NCBI GenBank assembly: GCA_038886535.1 | Contig: JAVZXS010000001.1 | Location: forward strand, 160,001-224,000 | Length of the DNA: 64,000 nt | Direction of reading: 5' to 3' | Source of the DNA: Candidatus Micrarchaeia archaeon | GTDB lineage: Archaea > Micrarchaeota > Micrarchaeia > CABMEP01 | Shown: in pieces, positions 1 to 10,413 of the stretch | Layout: every line of letters begins with the position of its first letter | Numbering within the stretch: position 1 is the stretch's first letter | Notes under the pieces: generated by a model | What the model was told of the DNA's origin: nothing | Database searches by the model: none | Seen by the model: the letters and a program-made list of their open reading frames with translations, nothing else | Program-made: the position numbers and the translations under genes

Positions 1-2
1 TT

Positions 3-668
3 GCAGATAAAATGATATCAAGCGAAAAACCAGTAGCAGAGATAAAAAGGATAGGAATTCCTAAAGAGTTCTTTAATTCAATTGATCCGAGGATAGAAAA
101 GGCAGTAAGAGATAAAATAAAACAACTAGAATCAGATTTTGAAATCATAGAAGTATCGATTCCAACTTTAAATTACACAGTTCCTATTTATCAGTTGGTG
201 ATGGCAGCAGAGCTGTCTTCAGCGCTTCAAAAATTTGACGGATTGAGGTATGGTTATTCTGCAGATAGAAATGAGGATCTTTATTCCGCGTTCTCTAAAG
301 TAAGAGGAGCAGCTTTCGGGAAAGAGATAAAGAGAAGGATAATGATAGGCACATACATCACCATGAAGGAATTTAAGGATGCATGGTATAGCAGGGCGCT
401 TAAGGCAAGAGAGAAAATGAAATTAGAATTTGCTAGGGTGATGAAAGAGGTTGACATTCTTGCAGGTCCTGCAATGCCAACTCCACCATGGAAGTTCGGA
501 GAAAAAATGAATCCATTAGAAATGTATGCAGCAGATACATTGACAATAGCAGCGAATCTTACAGGTCTTCCAGCAATAGTATCTCCACTTTCACAGAATA
601 TTTTTGACGGTGCAATTCAGTATTATGGAAGGCATTTTGAAGACGATGCTTTATTAAATATTGCATAA
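3..668 (+). CDS. gatA: Asp-tRNA(Asn)/Glu-tRNA(Gln) amidotransferase subunit A, 5'-truncated by window edge
   Basis: C-terminal amidase motifs AELSSALQKFDGLRYG, FGKEIKRRIMIGT, MYAADTLTIAANLTGLPAI; frame is open to the window start; directly upstream of gatB. Confidence 0.95.
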   Translation, partial: ADKMISSEKPVAEIKRIGIPKEFFNSIDPRIEKAVRDKIKQLESDFEIIEVSIPTLNYTVPIYQLVMAAELSSALQKFDGLRYGYSADRNEDLYSAFSKVRGAAFGKEIKRRIMIGTYITMKEFKDAWYSRALKAREKMKLEFARVMKEVDILAGPAMPTPPWKFGEKMNPLEMYAADTLTIAANLTGLPAIVSPLSQNIFDGAIQYYGRHFEDDALLNIA

Positions 669-678
669 AAGTGAGAAG

Positions 679-2076
679 ATGAGTGAGAAGGACTTGGACA
701 TTGTAATAGGGCTTGAAATTCATATTCAGCTTAAAACAAAAAGCAAACTTTTCTGTAGATGTCCAACAGATTATAGGGATAAGCCAGAGAATACAAACAT
801 ATGTCCAATATGCACTGGGCAGCCAGGTACGAAGCCATTGGGACTTAATTCTCATGCATTGGATCAGCTTCTAAAGATAGGCATCGCATTGAATTGTAAA
901 TTCGTTGATTCTTCAGTGATCCAGAGAAAGCATTACTTTTATCCAGATCTTCCTACTGGATTTCAGAGAACATCTAAACCAATAGGTGTAGATGGAAAAC
1001 TAGGAAAGGTAAGGATTAGAGAGATTCACATAGAAGAAGATCCAGGAAGGTATGAATTAAGAGAAGGAACTGTTGATTACAATAGAGCAAACGTGCCTCT
1101 TATTGAGATTGTTACAGAGCCAGATATGAAATCTCCTGCAGATGCCAGGGATTTTCTAGACGAACTTGATGCTATTCTCAATTACCTTGATGCTGGAAGA
1201 GACGAGCCAGGTTCCATTAGAGTAGATGCAAATATAAGTCTCAATGGAGGAACAAGGGTAGAGATAAAAAACATTAATTCATTTAAGGGAGTGTATGATG
1301 CGTTGAATTATGAAATCATAAGACAACAAAACATCCTTAGGCATGGAGGTACAATAGTAAGAGAAACAAGGCATTTCGATGAATCAACCGGAACAACAAC
1401 ATCTCTTAGAAAGAAAGAGACAGAGGATGATTATAGATATATGCCAGATCCTGATGTACCACCAGTTATCATAAGTGAGGAAAGAATATCAGAAATCAAA
1501 AAAGAAATGCCAGAACTTCCAAGGGCAAAGGCTGCAAGATTTGAAACTCAATATAAGATAAAAAGCGATGACGCATGGATCCTATCAATGGATATGCATC
1601 TTGCAAGACTCTTTGAAGAAATGGTCTTTAAGGTGGAATCAAAAGGAACTATAATAGAGGCACAGAAAATTGCATCTTGGATAAGGGGACCGCTCAAAAA
1701 GCAGTTGAACTATAGGAATCTTTCATACAGCGATTCAGGATTAAATTCAGAATGGCTTTCTGACTTATTTATTATGTTCTATAAAGGAGATCTTACAGAC
1801 AGAGGAACAGAACAAGTTCTAATAAAGATGATAGAGACAAAGGAAAACCCATCAAAGATTGCGTCTGATCTTAATCTCCTTAAAATAAGTGACATATCTG
1901 AACTTGAAAAGATAATAGATAAAATTATCTTATCTCAGGAGAAAGCAGTCCAGGACTACTTAAGTGGTAATGAGAAGACACTAAACTTCCTTATAGGTCA
2001 AGTAATAAAAGAGACAAAAGGAAGAGCAGACTCAAAAGTTGTTAAGGAGTTGATACTACAAAGGCTTAAAAGATAA
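679..2076 (+). CDS. gatB: amidotransferase subunit B
   Basis: IGLEIHIQLKTKSKLFC, RKHYFYPDLP, HIEEDPG, RVEIKNINS, DYRYMPDPD and Yqey-like tail; ATG at 679 preferred over TTG at 661. Confidence 0.97.
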   Translation: MSEKDLDIVIGLEIHIQLKTKSKLFCRCPTDYRDKPENTNICPICTGQPGTKPLGLNSHALDQLLKIGIALNCKFVDSSVIQRKHYFYPDLPTGFQRTSKPIGVDGKLGKVRIREIHIEEDPGRYELREGTVDYNRANVPLIEIVTEPDMKSPADARDFLDELDAILNYLDAGRDEPGSIRVDANISLNGGTRVEIKNINSFKGVYDALNYEIIRQQNILRHGGTIVRETRHFDESTGTTTSLRKKETEDDYRYMPDPDVPPVIISEERISEIKKEMPELPRAKAARFETQYKIKSDDAWILSMDMHLARLFEEMVFKVESKGTIIEAQKIASWIRGPLKKQLNYRNLSYSDSGLNSEWLSDLFIMFYKGDLTDRGTEQVLIKMIETKENPSKIASDLNLLKISDISELEKIIDKIILSQEKAVQDYLSGNEKTLNFLIGQVIKETKGRADSKVVKELILQRLKR

Positions 2077-2082
2077 ATTATG

Positions 2083-2712
2083 TTAGATTGTTTCCTGTTT
2101 TGTTGCTTGGATTATTCCAACCACTTTTCCAGTGTTGGATATCATTACTATTAATCCATAGTTAGTTGATTCCGAAGTCCATTTTACTATCCATACATCC
2201 GAGTATGGTTTCTTTTCTATTGGATCAAGATATTCTGAGTAGAATTTAGCTGATGCCTTTGCATTTGAATATGTGTTTATGAATCTGTTGACAACATCTG
2301 TCCCTTCAAGAGTATGTGATGCGATTATTGCTTCTTCAGGTGTTCCAAGTATGCAGTTTGCTATTCCTTTGCAGACCTCGCAATTCTTAGTTATGTATTC
2401 TGGTGGGGTTTCTATGAATCCTCTTCTTGGATAATCATAATAAACATTCATTCTTACTGGGCATGGTGATGAGTAGTTGAAGGTAACTCTTGTCTTGATC
2501 TGCCATGTGTTGTTTGCTTCACCAGGTTTCATTTCCAATATCTCTTTTATATCTGCATCTGGATATTTCGAATTCAAATCGTCAAGCACAAACTTTTTAA
2601 CCTCATCTGCATTAAGCGTAGTCGTTTTACTTGATTGCAAACATCCAAACATGAATACCGAATAGATTATGAGACTAATTATCCAAATTTTATTCATTGA
2701 AAATTTGTCCAT
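2083..2712 (-). CDS. putative lipoprotein, unknown function
   Basis: Hydrophobic N-terminus ending in lipobox-like FMFGC; several Cys; start codon uncertain (2697-2742). Confidence 0.7.
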   Translation of the reverse strand: MDKFSMNKIWIISLIIYSVFMFGCLQSSKTTTLNADEVKKFVLDDLNSKYPDADIKEILEMKPGEANNTWQIKTRVTFNYSSPCPVRMNVYYDYPRRGFIETPPEYITKNCEVCKGIANCILGTPEEAIIASHTLEGTDVVNRFINTYSNAKASAKFYSEYLDPIEKKPYSDVWIVKWTSESTNYGLIVMISNTGKVVGIIQATKQETI

Positions 2713-2845
2713 ATTAACCATCCAGTTGTCAATAGTTGTCAATTATATATTAAAGAGAATGAAATAAAAGTTTAACGTTTTTAACTCATAGATTCATTTT
2801 TTTGTTTTAATTTGTTAATTTTTTGTTGGTTATGAGTTAACATAG

Positions 2846-3388
2846 TTAAAGTGGTATCTCTCCAAAGTAGTTCTTGAATTTTTGTGTAAGCTTTAGTATT
2901 TTCGAGCGCCCTTTTGTTTCAGTTATAATGTACCCTTTCTGCTTAAGTTCTGCAACAGCATCATAAACAGAAGTACCTAGCATTTTTACTATTTTTGATT
3001 GCAATATCCCATTGTTCTTTGCCACAACAGCTAAGACTCTTATTGCACGCTTTGATAATTCGGTTTCCTGCACAATCGGACTAACTATTTCAGTATATTC
3101 AGGCTTTAATCTCATAAGATAACTTTTATCAACCTTTACTATTTCCAGCCAACTTTTCCTTGATGCATACCAATGTTGAAGATTTGAAACCGCTTCTTTT
3201 ATAGAATAAAGATCAGCATTTGTAAGCTTCTGCAAATCAGTTATGCTAACTGCCTTTGCAGCCATAAATAATATTGCTTCTATTTTCTGCTCTAAATTTG
3301 TAATATTATGATCGGCAACTAGCATTTCTTGTTCTGTTTCTTTTACTTTTATTTCTTCTTGTTTCTTCTCTGTTGTCTCTTCTTCCAT
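2846..3388 (-). CDS. scpB: segregation and condensation protein B
   Basis: IEAILFMAAKAVSITDL, tandem winged helix, terminal LTQKFKNYFG; follows scpA. Confidence 0.9.
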   Translation of the reverse strand: MEEETTEKKQEEIKVKETEQEMLVADHNITNLEQKIEAILFMAAKAVSITDLQKLTNADLYSIKEAVSNLQHWYASRKSWLEIVKVDKSYLMRLKPEYTEIVSPIVQETELSKRAIRVLAVVAKNNGILQSKIVKMLGTSVYDAVAELKQKGYIITETKGRSKILKLTQKFKNYFGEIPL

Positions 3389-3397
3389 TATCGCACC

Positions 3398-4147
3398 TTA
3401 TTCTTCTTCAAATTTTAGATTAGGATCTAATTTCTGTATGATTATATCTCCAAAAAATTCTTCTTGGTCAACTGTAATTTTGTTTTTTTGACAAAGATGT
3501 AATAAAGGTAAGAGTGTAAGAACCGTTTCTTTCGGTCCTTTTTTATTCATCAGTTTAAGTAATTCAGAAAATAAAATCATTCCGTTTTCATCACAGTATT
3601 TAGATATAGATTCGTATACACTTTTAGTTTCTTTCTCAATGTCGTACTCAGGCGGTTTGAACTCAAGTACTGTAGGTAAGACAATTCTTTCTTTTTCTCT
3701 TTTCGCTTCTATTTTTATTGCATCTTCAAGAGCGCTTATTAAATCAGGAAGTGTTATTGCTCTTTTCGGTTGCATTCTCATTCTAAGCTGAATCATCTCT
3801 AAAGGTGCAGATTCGACTCCTTCCTCAATGTACACCTCTTCTATTGATGGTTCAGGTTCTTCAAATTGGAATGCCTGTGCTTTAAATCTCAATAATATAG
3901 AAGCTGCTAGGATAACGTTTGCAGGTATGTGCAGATCATAAATCTTCATCTTTCTTATCTTTTCTATGTAACTATTTGTAACCACTGAGATGTCGATGTT
4001 CCATGGATCAAGGTTATTAGAATCCACGATCTCAAGAAGCATTTCTCTCCAAGTAGGCTTATGTACTAATTCTTCTATCTGTTCAATAGATGATGGGTTG
4101 AATCCAACAATTCCTTCGTCTTCTTTTATGAAACTTTCGGTCGCCAT
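3398..4147 (-). CDS. scpA: segregation and condensation protein A (kleisin)
   Basis: LDPWNIDISVVTNSYI, LAASILLRFKA, ITLPDLISAL, LLPLLHL, QEEFFGDIII. Confidence 0.92.
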   Translation of the reverse strand: MATESFIKEDEGIVGFNPSSIEQIEELVHKPTWREMLLEIVDSNNLDPWNIDISVVTNSYIEKIRKMKIYDLHIPANVILAASILLRFKAQAFQFEEPEPSIEEVYIEEGVESAPLEMIQLRMRMQPKRAITLPDLISALEDAIKIEAKREKERIVLPTVLEFKPPEYDIEKETKSVYESISKYCDENGMILFSELLKLMNKKGPKETVLTLLPLLHLCQKNKITVDQEEFFGDIIIQKLDPNLKFEEE

Positions 4148-4283
4148 GAATACACCTATTTAATCTGCCTCATGAATATCTTAAGTCAAATGCTTTTAAA
4201 TTTAACCATTTTTAGATTCCACTGTAATGGTCATCCATCTTTGCCAATTAATACAATTACTACTTTTTATTATTATAAATATA

Positions 4284-4775
4284 TTATTGATTTTTTTCCT
4301 CTTTTTCTTTCGAATAGATTTCCATTTGTTTTCTTTTATTTAATTCATCTAATTTCTTTGCAAGTTCCTCTCTTTTCTTTTGAATTATTTCTGTTTTTTC
4401 TTGTATTGAAATTATGAAATAACTCAATGTTTCGGGTGTCAATTCTATAAATGTTTCATGAGTATTTTTATCATAAAAAGCAACCCTTTTTAAATCGTAA
4501 AATAATCTCCCTCTTATAAGTTTGCATTTGACAGATGCATTAAAATTCGAACCAGTTATTTCATTTTTCCATTCTTTTATTGGTGTATATTCAATTATTC
4601 TATATATTCCTGGCCCAATTTTTACAGTGTCACCTATTCTGACATTAATTTCTTCATCTCCTCTTTTAACAACCATTATTGGTTCTGATTTTCCTTCGAA
4701 TTTAAAAGTAGGTTTAGTATTAGATTTTGTTATTTTAATAGTTATGCCTGATTTAACCTTTTCATTATATTCCAT
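4284..4775 (-). CDS. hypothetical protein
   Basis: 163-aa ORF filling the gap, host-like K/E/I composition, C-terminal coiled coil; no recognised motif. Confidence 0.6.
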   Translation of the reverse strand: MEYNEKVKSGITIKITKSNTKPTFKFEGKSEPIMVVKRGDEEINVRIGDTVKIGPGIYRIIEYTPIKEWKNEITGSNFNASVKCKLIRGRLFYDLKRVAFYDKNTHETFIELTPETLSYFIISIQEKTEIIQKKREELAKKLDELNKRKQMEIYSKEKEEKNQ

Positions 4776-4896
4776 ATTCTCACTTTGCTATATAGGGATT
4801 TTAATAAAATTTAACTAAGAATAACATCCAAATCAAGTATTTATATATTTCCATAAAGGATAATTTTAATTTAAAATTAAAAATAAAGATTTCTGT

Positions 4897-5892
4897 CTAT
4901 AAAGATATTCCACCGAAAATTCTATCTATTATGAATCTTCCAACATAAAATACTCCAAGAGAAACAATTAGAAACGGAAGAATGTATTTGATAAAGTTTG
5001 ATTTCTTTCCAGTATTTATAACTGATATTATTAATGTAGCTATAATACTGGTAATTATTACAACTATTATAGCGAAGAGATTGAACTCTGCAGAATTAAT
5101 CGCAGGTGAAGTTGGATTAATTTGAGAGTATTGGCTGACTGCAATTCCAGTAGTAGGTTGACTTACCCAGAGCTTTTCAAATAGGCTTATAAGCTTACTT
5201 GAAACCACATATAAGAAAGGTGCACCAACTGCAGCACTAAATCCTATGAAGATAGAATACATGATCATAGATGCGCTTACTTCTTTATGTATTATCTGTT
5301 GATTTCTAAGATCCATAGCCGTTTTTTCAAGTATTCCTGCTATCTCTCCACCAGATTCAATTCCTTCCTTTATAAGTTCTATTGATCTGTCGAGATATCT
5401 AGAATTAAATCTTTCGGAAAGTTTGTCAAGCGCCTCATTTATTGTCTCTCCACCAAATATTCTTTTAGAAGCGATCTCTACTTCTTTTGATAAAAGTCCA
5501 AATTCAGGTTTTGCAGCGTACCAAAGTGCCTTTTCTATTTGCATCCCTGCTCTTACATTCGCTGCAGCAAGCTGCAAGAAATCAGGAAGTACTTTTTCAA
5601 CTTCTGTTCTTCTCTCATCTATCTTTAACTCTATATATTGGTATATTGAACCAAGAAGAATTATATTTATAACAATGAATGAAAGTAATAGTAATACTAG
5701 ATTTTTGAAAAGAAGGTAAGAAACTATGAATGAGAATATTATTGAAAAGACAAAATAAATTATAAGTATACCTGCAGCGTATTCAGGATCGAGTTCTATT
5801 CCAGCTTCAGAAATTTTCTTCCCTATTCTTTTAACATTATCTCTTTGAAGCAATCTACCTAAAGCCTCTATTTGTTTTTCTAACGGAAGCAT
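4897..5892 (-). CDS. type IV pilus/T2SS F-family platform membrane protein (TadC/ArlJ-like)
   Basis: LPDFLQLAAANVRAGM, FGLLSKEV, GIESGGEIAGILE; multiple TM helices; in operon with secretion ATPase. Confidence 0.88.
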   Translation of the reverse strand: MLPLEKQIEALGRLLQRDNVKRIGKKISEAGIELDPEYAAGILIIYFVFSIIFSFIVSYLLFKNLVLLLLSFIVINIILLGSIYQYIELKIDERRTEVEKVLPDFLQLAAANVRAGMQIEKALWYAAKPEFGLLSKEVEIASKRIFGGETINEALDKLSERFNSRYLDRSIELIKEGIESGGEIAGILEKTAMDLRNQQIIHKEVSASMIMYSIFIGFSAAVGAPFLYVVSSKLISLFEKLWVSQPTTGIAVSQYSQINPTSPAINSAEFNLFAIIVVIITSIIATLIISVINTGKKSNFIKYILPFLIVSLGVFYVGRFIIDRIFGGISL

Positions 5893-5896
5893 ATAT

Positions 5897-6781
5897 TCAA
5901 ACCTCGTAGCTTGGTCTACTTAATTCAATATATGATAGGAAAGCATATTGCACTATTGCGATTAATGGAACTAGTGCCCATACATTTATACCTGTCAATT
6001 TTATACCTGCAAATGATAACAGCAATATACCTATGCTTATACCTAAAGATGGGAAGATTATTCCTATAACCAAATAAAACATTACTAAAGGATTCAATTT
6101 TTGTCCGTACTCCTTTATCTCTATTACCTGCTCTTTAGATATTTGATCTAAAACTGTTTCTAATGAATTTGCAACATCAGCTCCTGATCTTACAGAATTA
6201 ACTATCTGTAGGATCAGTCTTCTGAAAGATGGAGAAGGACAATCTTCAATTGTTTCTTGCATTGCAGTGTCCAAAGGCACGCCAAGAAAAACTTTCTCAG
6301 CTATTTTATTAAACTCCTTACTGACTTCCCCATAATTGCTTTTTGATATTGCAACAATCGAGTCAAATAAAGGCAACCCTCCCTTCAATGCAATCCACAT
6401 ATGTCTTCCTGCAAAGAGAAGTTCCTTATCTATCATCCTTCTTCTTCTTGAAGCTAATGCCTTTGGTTGCTGAATAAATAACAATACTGAAAATGGAACA
6501 TATATTATTGCAAGAGGAATGAGAAGTAAAATATTAACTGACTGTAGCATGAAAAGTATGTAAGTGAGTATTATAAGCGAGATAGTGAGTAATCCGGCCT
6601 TTATCAAGGATTTTTCAACAAATTCATCCACAGTTTGAGTCATTCCTGCCTCTCTCATCTTTTTTTCAAGCCAAGGAAATCTAGATTTAGTGTAATTTAT
6701 TAAACTAACCTTAAGGTCAATTTGCTTAATGTTTTGTTCTGCTTTACTTTTTTGTTCATTTTCAATTTTTATTTCATCCAT
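5897..6781 (-). CDS. type IV pilus/T2SS F-family platform membrane protein (TadB/C-like)
   Basis: GGLPLFDSI, YGEVSKEFNKI, SVRSGADVANSL; TM helices. Confidence 0.88.
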   Translation of the reverse strand: MDEIKIENEQKSKAEQNIKQIDLKVSLINYTKSRFPWLEKKMREAGMTQTVDEFVEKSLIKAGLLTISLIILTYILFMLQSVNILLLIPLAIIYVPFSVLLFIQQPKALASRRRRMIDKELLFAGRHMWIALKGGLPLFDSIVAISKSNYGEVSKEFNKIAEKVFLGVPLDTAMQETIEDCPSPSFRRLILQIVNSVRSGADVANSLETVLDQISKEQVIEIKEYGQKLNPLVMFYLVIGIIFPSLGISIGILLLSFAGIKLTGINVWALVPLIAIVQYAFLSYIELSRPSYEV

Positions 6782-6843
6782 CTCTTCACTCCTTTTTGAT
6801 TTATTTCCAATCAGTATATAAGTATATGTAGTTTATTTTATAA

Positions 6844-7047
6844 TTATTTCTTTGTAAGGCGTTTTATTAAATAAAGTCTTCTAAGTTCAGACATAGCTTC
6901 TCCATAATCCATAGTGAAGATCTCAACTGCTTCTTCTTCTTCCTCTACGTGTTTTGGTAGTATTTCTTTTTTCTGTTTTTCCATTTCTTTTATTTCATTA
7001 ATGGTAGCTGTAAAACTTTTTCTTATAGTTATTATTTCTCCAGTCAT
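6844..7047 (-). CDS. small hypothetical protein within pilus assembly operon
   Basis: 67-aa ORF co-oriented between ATPase and platform genes, GTGGTT SD-like site upstream. Confidence 0.6.
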   Translation of the reverse strand: MTGEIITIRKSFTATINEIKEMEKQKKEILPKHVEEEEEAVEIFTMDYGEAMSELRRLYLIKRLTKK

Positions 7048-7069
7048 TTAACCACATTGCTAATTATAT

Positions 7070-8680
7070 TTAAAATGACCAATCTCTATTTGAAGTTGCG
7101 TATTCAATTATTTCATCACTATTTTTATAATAATCTGCAGTTATCTTTCCTACTGTATTTATATCAAAATATTTCTTTGCAACCATCCACTTAAGTATTT
7201 TTGTCTTATCCAATAAATCTATCTTCATTTCTTTAACAGTCATTCCTGTGTAAAGCGCAAGGGTTTCTCCAAGTCTAGTTATTGCATTCTCTTCTTTCAT
7301 CGTGTCTGTTCTTGGATCCCATCTATAAACTACATTCGCTTTTCCTTCATCAGTTATTTCCGCAAATTCAAATGTCCTTCTTATACCACTTCTTCTATTT
7401 CTATATTGTGTCACTATCCCTCCAAGTGCAGGTAGAGAACTTTGAGGAATATTTATTGGAGGGGTAGTTAATCTATTTACACATTCTTCTGCATTGTCTG
7501 CATGTATAGTTGCATATACTGAGTGGCCAGTATGCATAGCTTCGAAAAGTACCTCAGCCTCTCTTTGTCTTCTTACCTCACCTACTATAATTCTATCAGG
7601 TCTTTGTCTTAATGCATTAATCATTAAATCTAACATGGTAACTTCCCCCTTTCCTTCAGGATTCGGTTCTCTTGTAGTCATCGCTACCCAATGGAGGAAG
7701 TCTGGTAGTGTCAGTTCTCTAGTATCTTCTATTGAAATTATTCTTTGATTTGGGGGTATCATACATGCAAGAGCATTAAGGAAAGAAGTTTTACCAGACC
7801 CAGTACCACCACTGCTTATTAATGAGATTTCGTTCTGTATACAAAGCCATAATAAGGCCGCAACTTCTGGTGTTACAGTTTTTACTTGAATTAGATATGG
7901 AATTGTCCATGGATTCTTTGCAAATTTTCTTATTGAAAGCGTGTTTCCAAATGTAGATATCGGACTGAGAGTTGCATTCACTCTATCTCCGCTTGGGAGA
8001 TATGCGTTCATTATAGGATTCAATACATTTATTTGTCTTCCAACTCTCCTTCCTATATTAGATGCATATTCATAAACAGTATCGTCTCTCCTTATCCAAA
8101 GATTTGTTGAACACCAGCCATACCTTTTATGATAAACTTGTATTGGTTCTGCAGGACTGTTTATTACAATATCTTCCAGGTTTTCATCAGACATTAATAT
8201 TTCAAGCTCTCCTAATCCAAGTGTATGCTGAATTAAATATGATGATAGAACCTTTCTTTTTTCCGGCGTTAAACCAGAGAATTGCTTGTCAAGTAATTCA
8301 TTAGCCTTAACTTCGAATTTTGCCTGAATATCTTTCATTTGCCTTTGGTCTGTAAGCATTGCAATATCTATCTTAACCTTTGTTATAAGTTCTGCTTTCA
8401 AGGCATTAAGGATAAGTTTAGTGCCTTCTGCAATTAATGGGATTTGAATATTATATTGTGGAGTATAATACTTTTTCGAATCTATGATTGTTACTTCTAC
8501 AGGTATACCCTGTGCATCAAAAGAATATCTTTCAAGTATTTTTTCTTCCATTTCTTTTTTCTTTTCTTCTTTTGTTTCGTTTTTATGTTCTTTTACCTTC
8601 TCCGTTTTTTCCTCTTTCTTTTCTTCAAGCGCTTTTTTCATAAGTTCAAGTTCCTCTCTGTTTTCATTCTTGTCTTTCAA
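7070..8680 (-). CDS. type IV pilus assembly ATPase (CpaF/TadA/ArlI family)
   Basis: Walker A GGTGSGKT, Asp box SIEDTREL, Walker B RPDRIIVGEVR, His box HTGHSVYATIH; charged N-terminal extension. Confidence 0.95.
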   Translation of the reverse strand: MKDKNENREELELMKKALEEKKEEKTEKVKEHKNETKEEKKKEMEEKILERYSFDAQGIPVEVTIIDSKKYYTPQYNIQIPLIAEGTKLILNALKAELITKVKIDIAMLTDQRQMKDIQAKFEVKANELLDKQFSGLTPEKRKVLSSYLIQHTLGLGELEILMSDENLEDIVINSPAEPIQVYHKRYGWCSTNLWIRRDDTVYEYASNIGRRVGRQINVLNPIMNAYLPSGDRVNATLSPISTFGNTLSIRKFAKNPWTIPYLIQVKTVTPEVAALLWLCIQNEISLISSGGTGSGKTSFLNALACMIPPNQRIISIEDTRELTLPDFLHWVAMTTREPNPEGKGEVTMLDLMINALRQRPDRIIVGEVRRQREAEVLFEAMHTGHSVYATIHADNAEECVNRLTTPPINIPQSSLPALGGIVTQYRNRRSGIRRTFEFAEITDEGKANVVYRWDPRTDTMKEENAITRLGETLALYTGMTVKEMKIDLLDKTKILKWMVAKKYFDINTVGKITADYYKNSDEIIEYATSNRDWSF

Positions 8681-8707
8681 TTAATCACCAATGAGCAGTT
8701 AATATTA

Positions 8708-8929
8708 TCAGCCTGAGATCCATTCTATATATATTGAAGCGAGGGTATAGCTAATTTTCACCAAACCTTGATTTTCAAGAATATATGACCAATATTCGAT
8801 TGTTTCTTCTGGCACATTCATTTCTTTAGCTATTTGTGATATTTCAACTCTTTTCCTTTCGTAGAGTAAACGCATGAATTTATCTATTCCTGTTGTTATA
8901 TATTCTTCATTAAGATCAACATTTTCCAT
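8708..8929 (-). CDS. small winged-helix-like protein heading the pilus ATPase operon
   Basis: ISQIAKEMNVPEETIEYWSYILENQGLVKISY HTH pattern; ATG 8929 has an SD-like site. Confidence 0.7.
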   Translation of the reverse strand: MENVDLNEEYITTGIDKFMRLLYERKRVEISQIAKEMNVPEETIEYWSYILENQGLVKISYTLASIYIEWISG

Positions 8930-9088
8930 TTTATCGCCTGTTCGATGATGTTGGGGAAAATTCAATTATCTCTAATTATAACTAACAATAGTTATACACA
9001 TAATAATTTAAATGTTAATTTTAAAACATATTTAATCTATTGATGATTAGTGTTACATAATAAATTTGCATTAATGATTTGTGATTTT

Positions 9089-9835
9089 ATGGATCAAAAT
9101 TTGGGGGGCAATGATGAATTAAATAAGATTAATTTGCAGTCACTTTCAGATCTTGAAAGAACTATATATTTAGATTATGGTTCTGAAGCAGTTTTAGTTT
9201 TTAGACTTGCAAACAAAAAACTTACAGTTAGTGAAATTGCTAAAGAACTTTCATTACAAGAAGAAAAAGTTTATGAAATAATAGATAAACTAAAAGGGAA
9301 GTATATTTATTTAGAAGAGCCAGAAGAGAAAAAGATAGAGTTTGAAGAAATGAAATCTAAAGAAACTATTTTCGTTGATATACCTAAGAAAGTACCGCTT
9401 GACAATATTTCTGCTGTTGCATTGATATCTGAACTAACTATTAAATTCGGTCCAACTGCAAAGAAGATTTATGAAATGATTGATGGAAAGACAGATGTTA
9501 TTGAATTAGCCGTTAATAGCTTTTCTAGTCTCAATTATGTAGACAATCTGATGTGGGTTTTAGCAGAGAAGAAAAGCGCCACATTTATCAGAATGGGGCC
9601 AGAAGAGATTAAGAAAAAATATGGTTCGGTCGGATTCAAAATTTTTAATCAGTATGGTCGAGAAGGTTTGTATTTATATCTTCTTTTAGATAAAACTGCA
9701 GATCCTGTAACTGCTTTAAGATTTTCAGAGATAGATCCTTCTATAGGTGTGGAAATGATGGATTATATACTTAAGACAATAGCTGCACCTATCTCTTTTA
9801 ACAAAAAAGATGCATTAACTTTGTTAAAAAGATAA
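9089..9835 (+). CDS. hypothetical protein with repeated winged-helix-like units
   Basis: LTVSEIAKELSL..KVYEIIDKL; repeated [YF]G..[AG]..[IV][FY] units; divergent from pilus operon. Confidence 0.7.
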   Translation: MDQNLGGNDELNKINLQSLSDLERTIYLDYGSEAVLVFRLANKKLTVSEIAKELSLQEEKVYEIIDKLKGKYIYLEEPEEKKIEFEEMKSKETIFVDIPKKVPLDNISAVALISELTIKFGPTAKKIYEMIDGKTDVIELAVNSFSSLNYVDNLMWVLAEKKSATFIRMGPEEIKKKYGSVGFKIFNQYGREGLYLYLLLDKTADPVTALRFSEIDPSIGVEMMDYILKTIAAPISFNKKDALTLLKR

Positions 9836-9836
9836 T

Positions 9837-10256
9837 TTATTCTTCTATTTCTAATTCTACCATATCACTTATGATTTTTGAATCCTCTTTATCTTTCCAT
9901 TCGATTTCTTTTCCTTTAATTAAAGCAAGAATTTTTTCTTTTTTAATATCTGTTTTATTTTTATTAAATCCTATTACTATTCTTTTTGGATTTTTCAACC
10001 CTAAGTAGTCTATTGCATTTTTTATCTGCCTTTTTCCAGATGCCCTAACTAACCACTCTAACATAAAATCATTTGTAATGTTTCTTTTTTCCTCAAATGC
10101 AGCCATTGCATGATAATAAGCAAGTTTTAGTTGGAATCTGCTCACTACAGCATCTAAGTCAAATACTTGGAATTTGTATTTTCTTGAATATTCTAGAATT
10201 TTTTCTTTAGTTAAATCACTTGATGAAGCAAATAACTCTATATCAATTCTTTCCAA
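9837..10256 (-). CDS. cgi121: KEOPS complex subunit Cgi121
   Basis: LAYYHAMAAFEEKRNI, EWLVRASGKRQIKNAI..LGLK. Confidence 0.88.
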   Translation of the reverse strand: MERIDIELFASSSDLTKEKILEYSRKYKFQVFDLDAVVSRFQLKLAYYHAMAAFEEKRNITNDFMLEWLVRASGKRQIKNAIDYLGLKNPKRIVIGFNKNKTDIKKEKILALIKGKEIEWKDKEDSKIISDMVELEIEE

Positions 10257-10413
10257 TTATTCACCTACTAAAAGATAATAGATAAAAAAGAATGAAAGGA
10301 AAAGCATTTAAAGTATAGTGTATATATTTAATATAATCTAAAGGCTAGATTTAAAATAGAAATTATCTAACGATTCTATTTCATAGCTTCTTTACATTTA
10401 ATAGGTGAAATAT

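Noticed and set aside
4897..8680. Archaellum motor (arlI/arlJ)
   Set aside because: Two separate short platform genes and no archaellin or ArlF/G genes; fits a pilus
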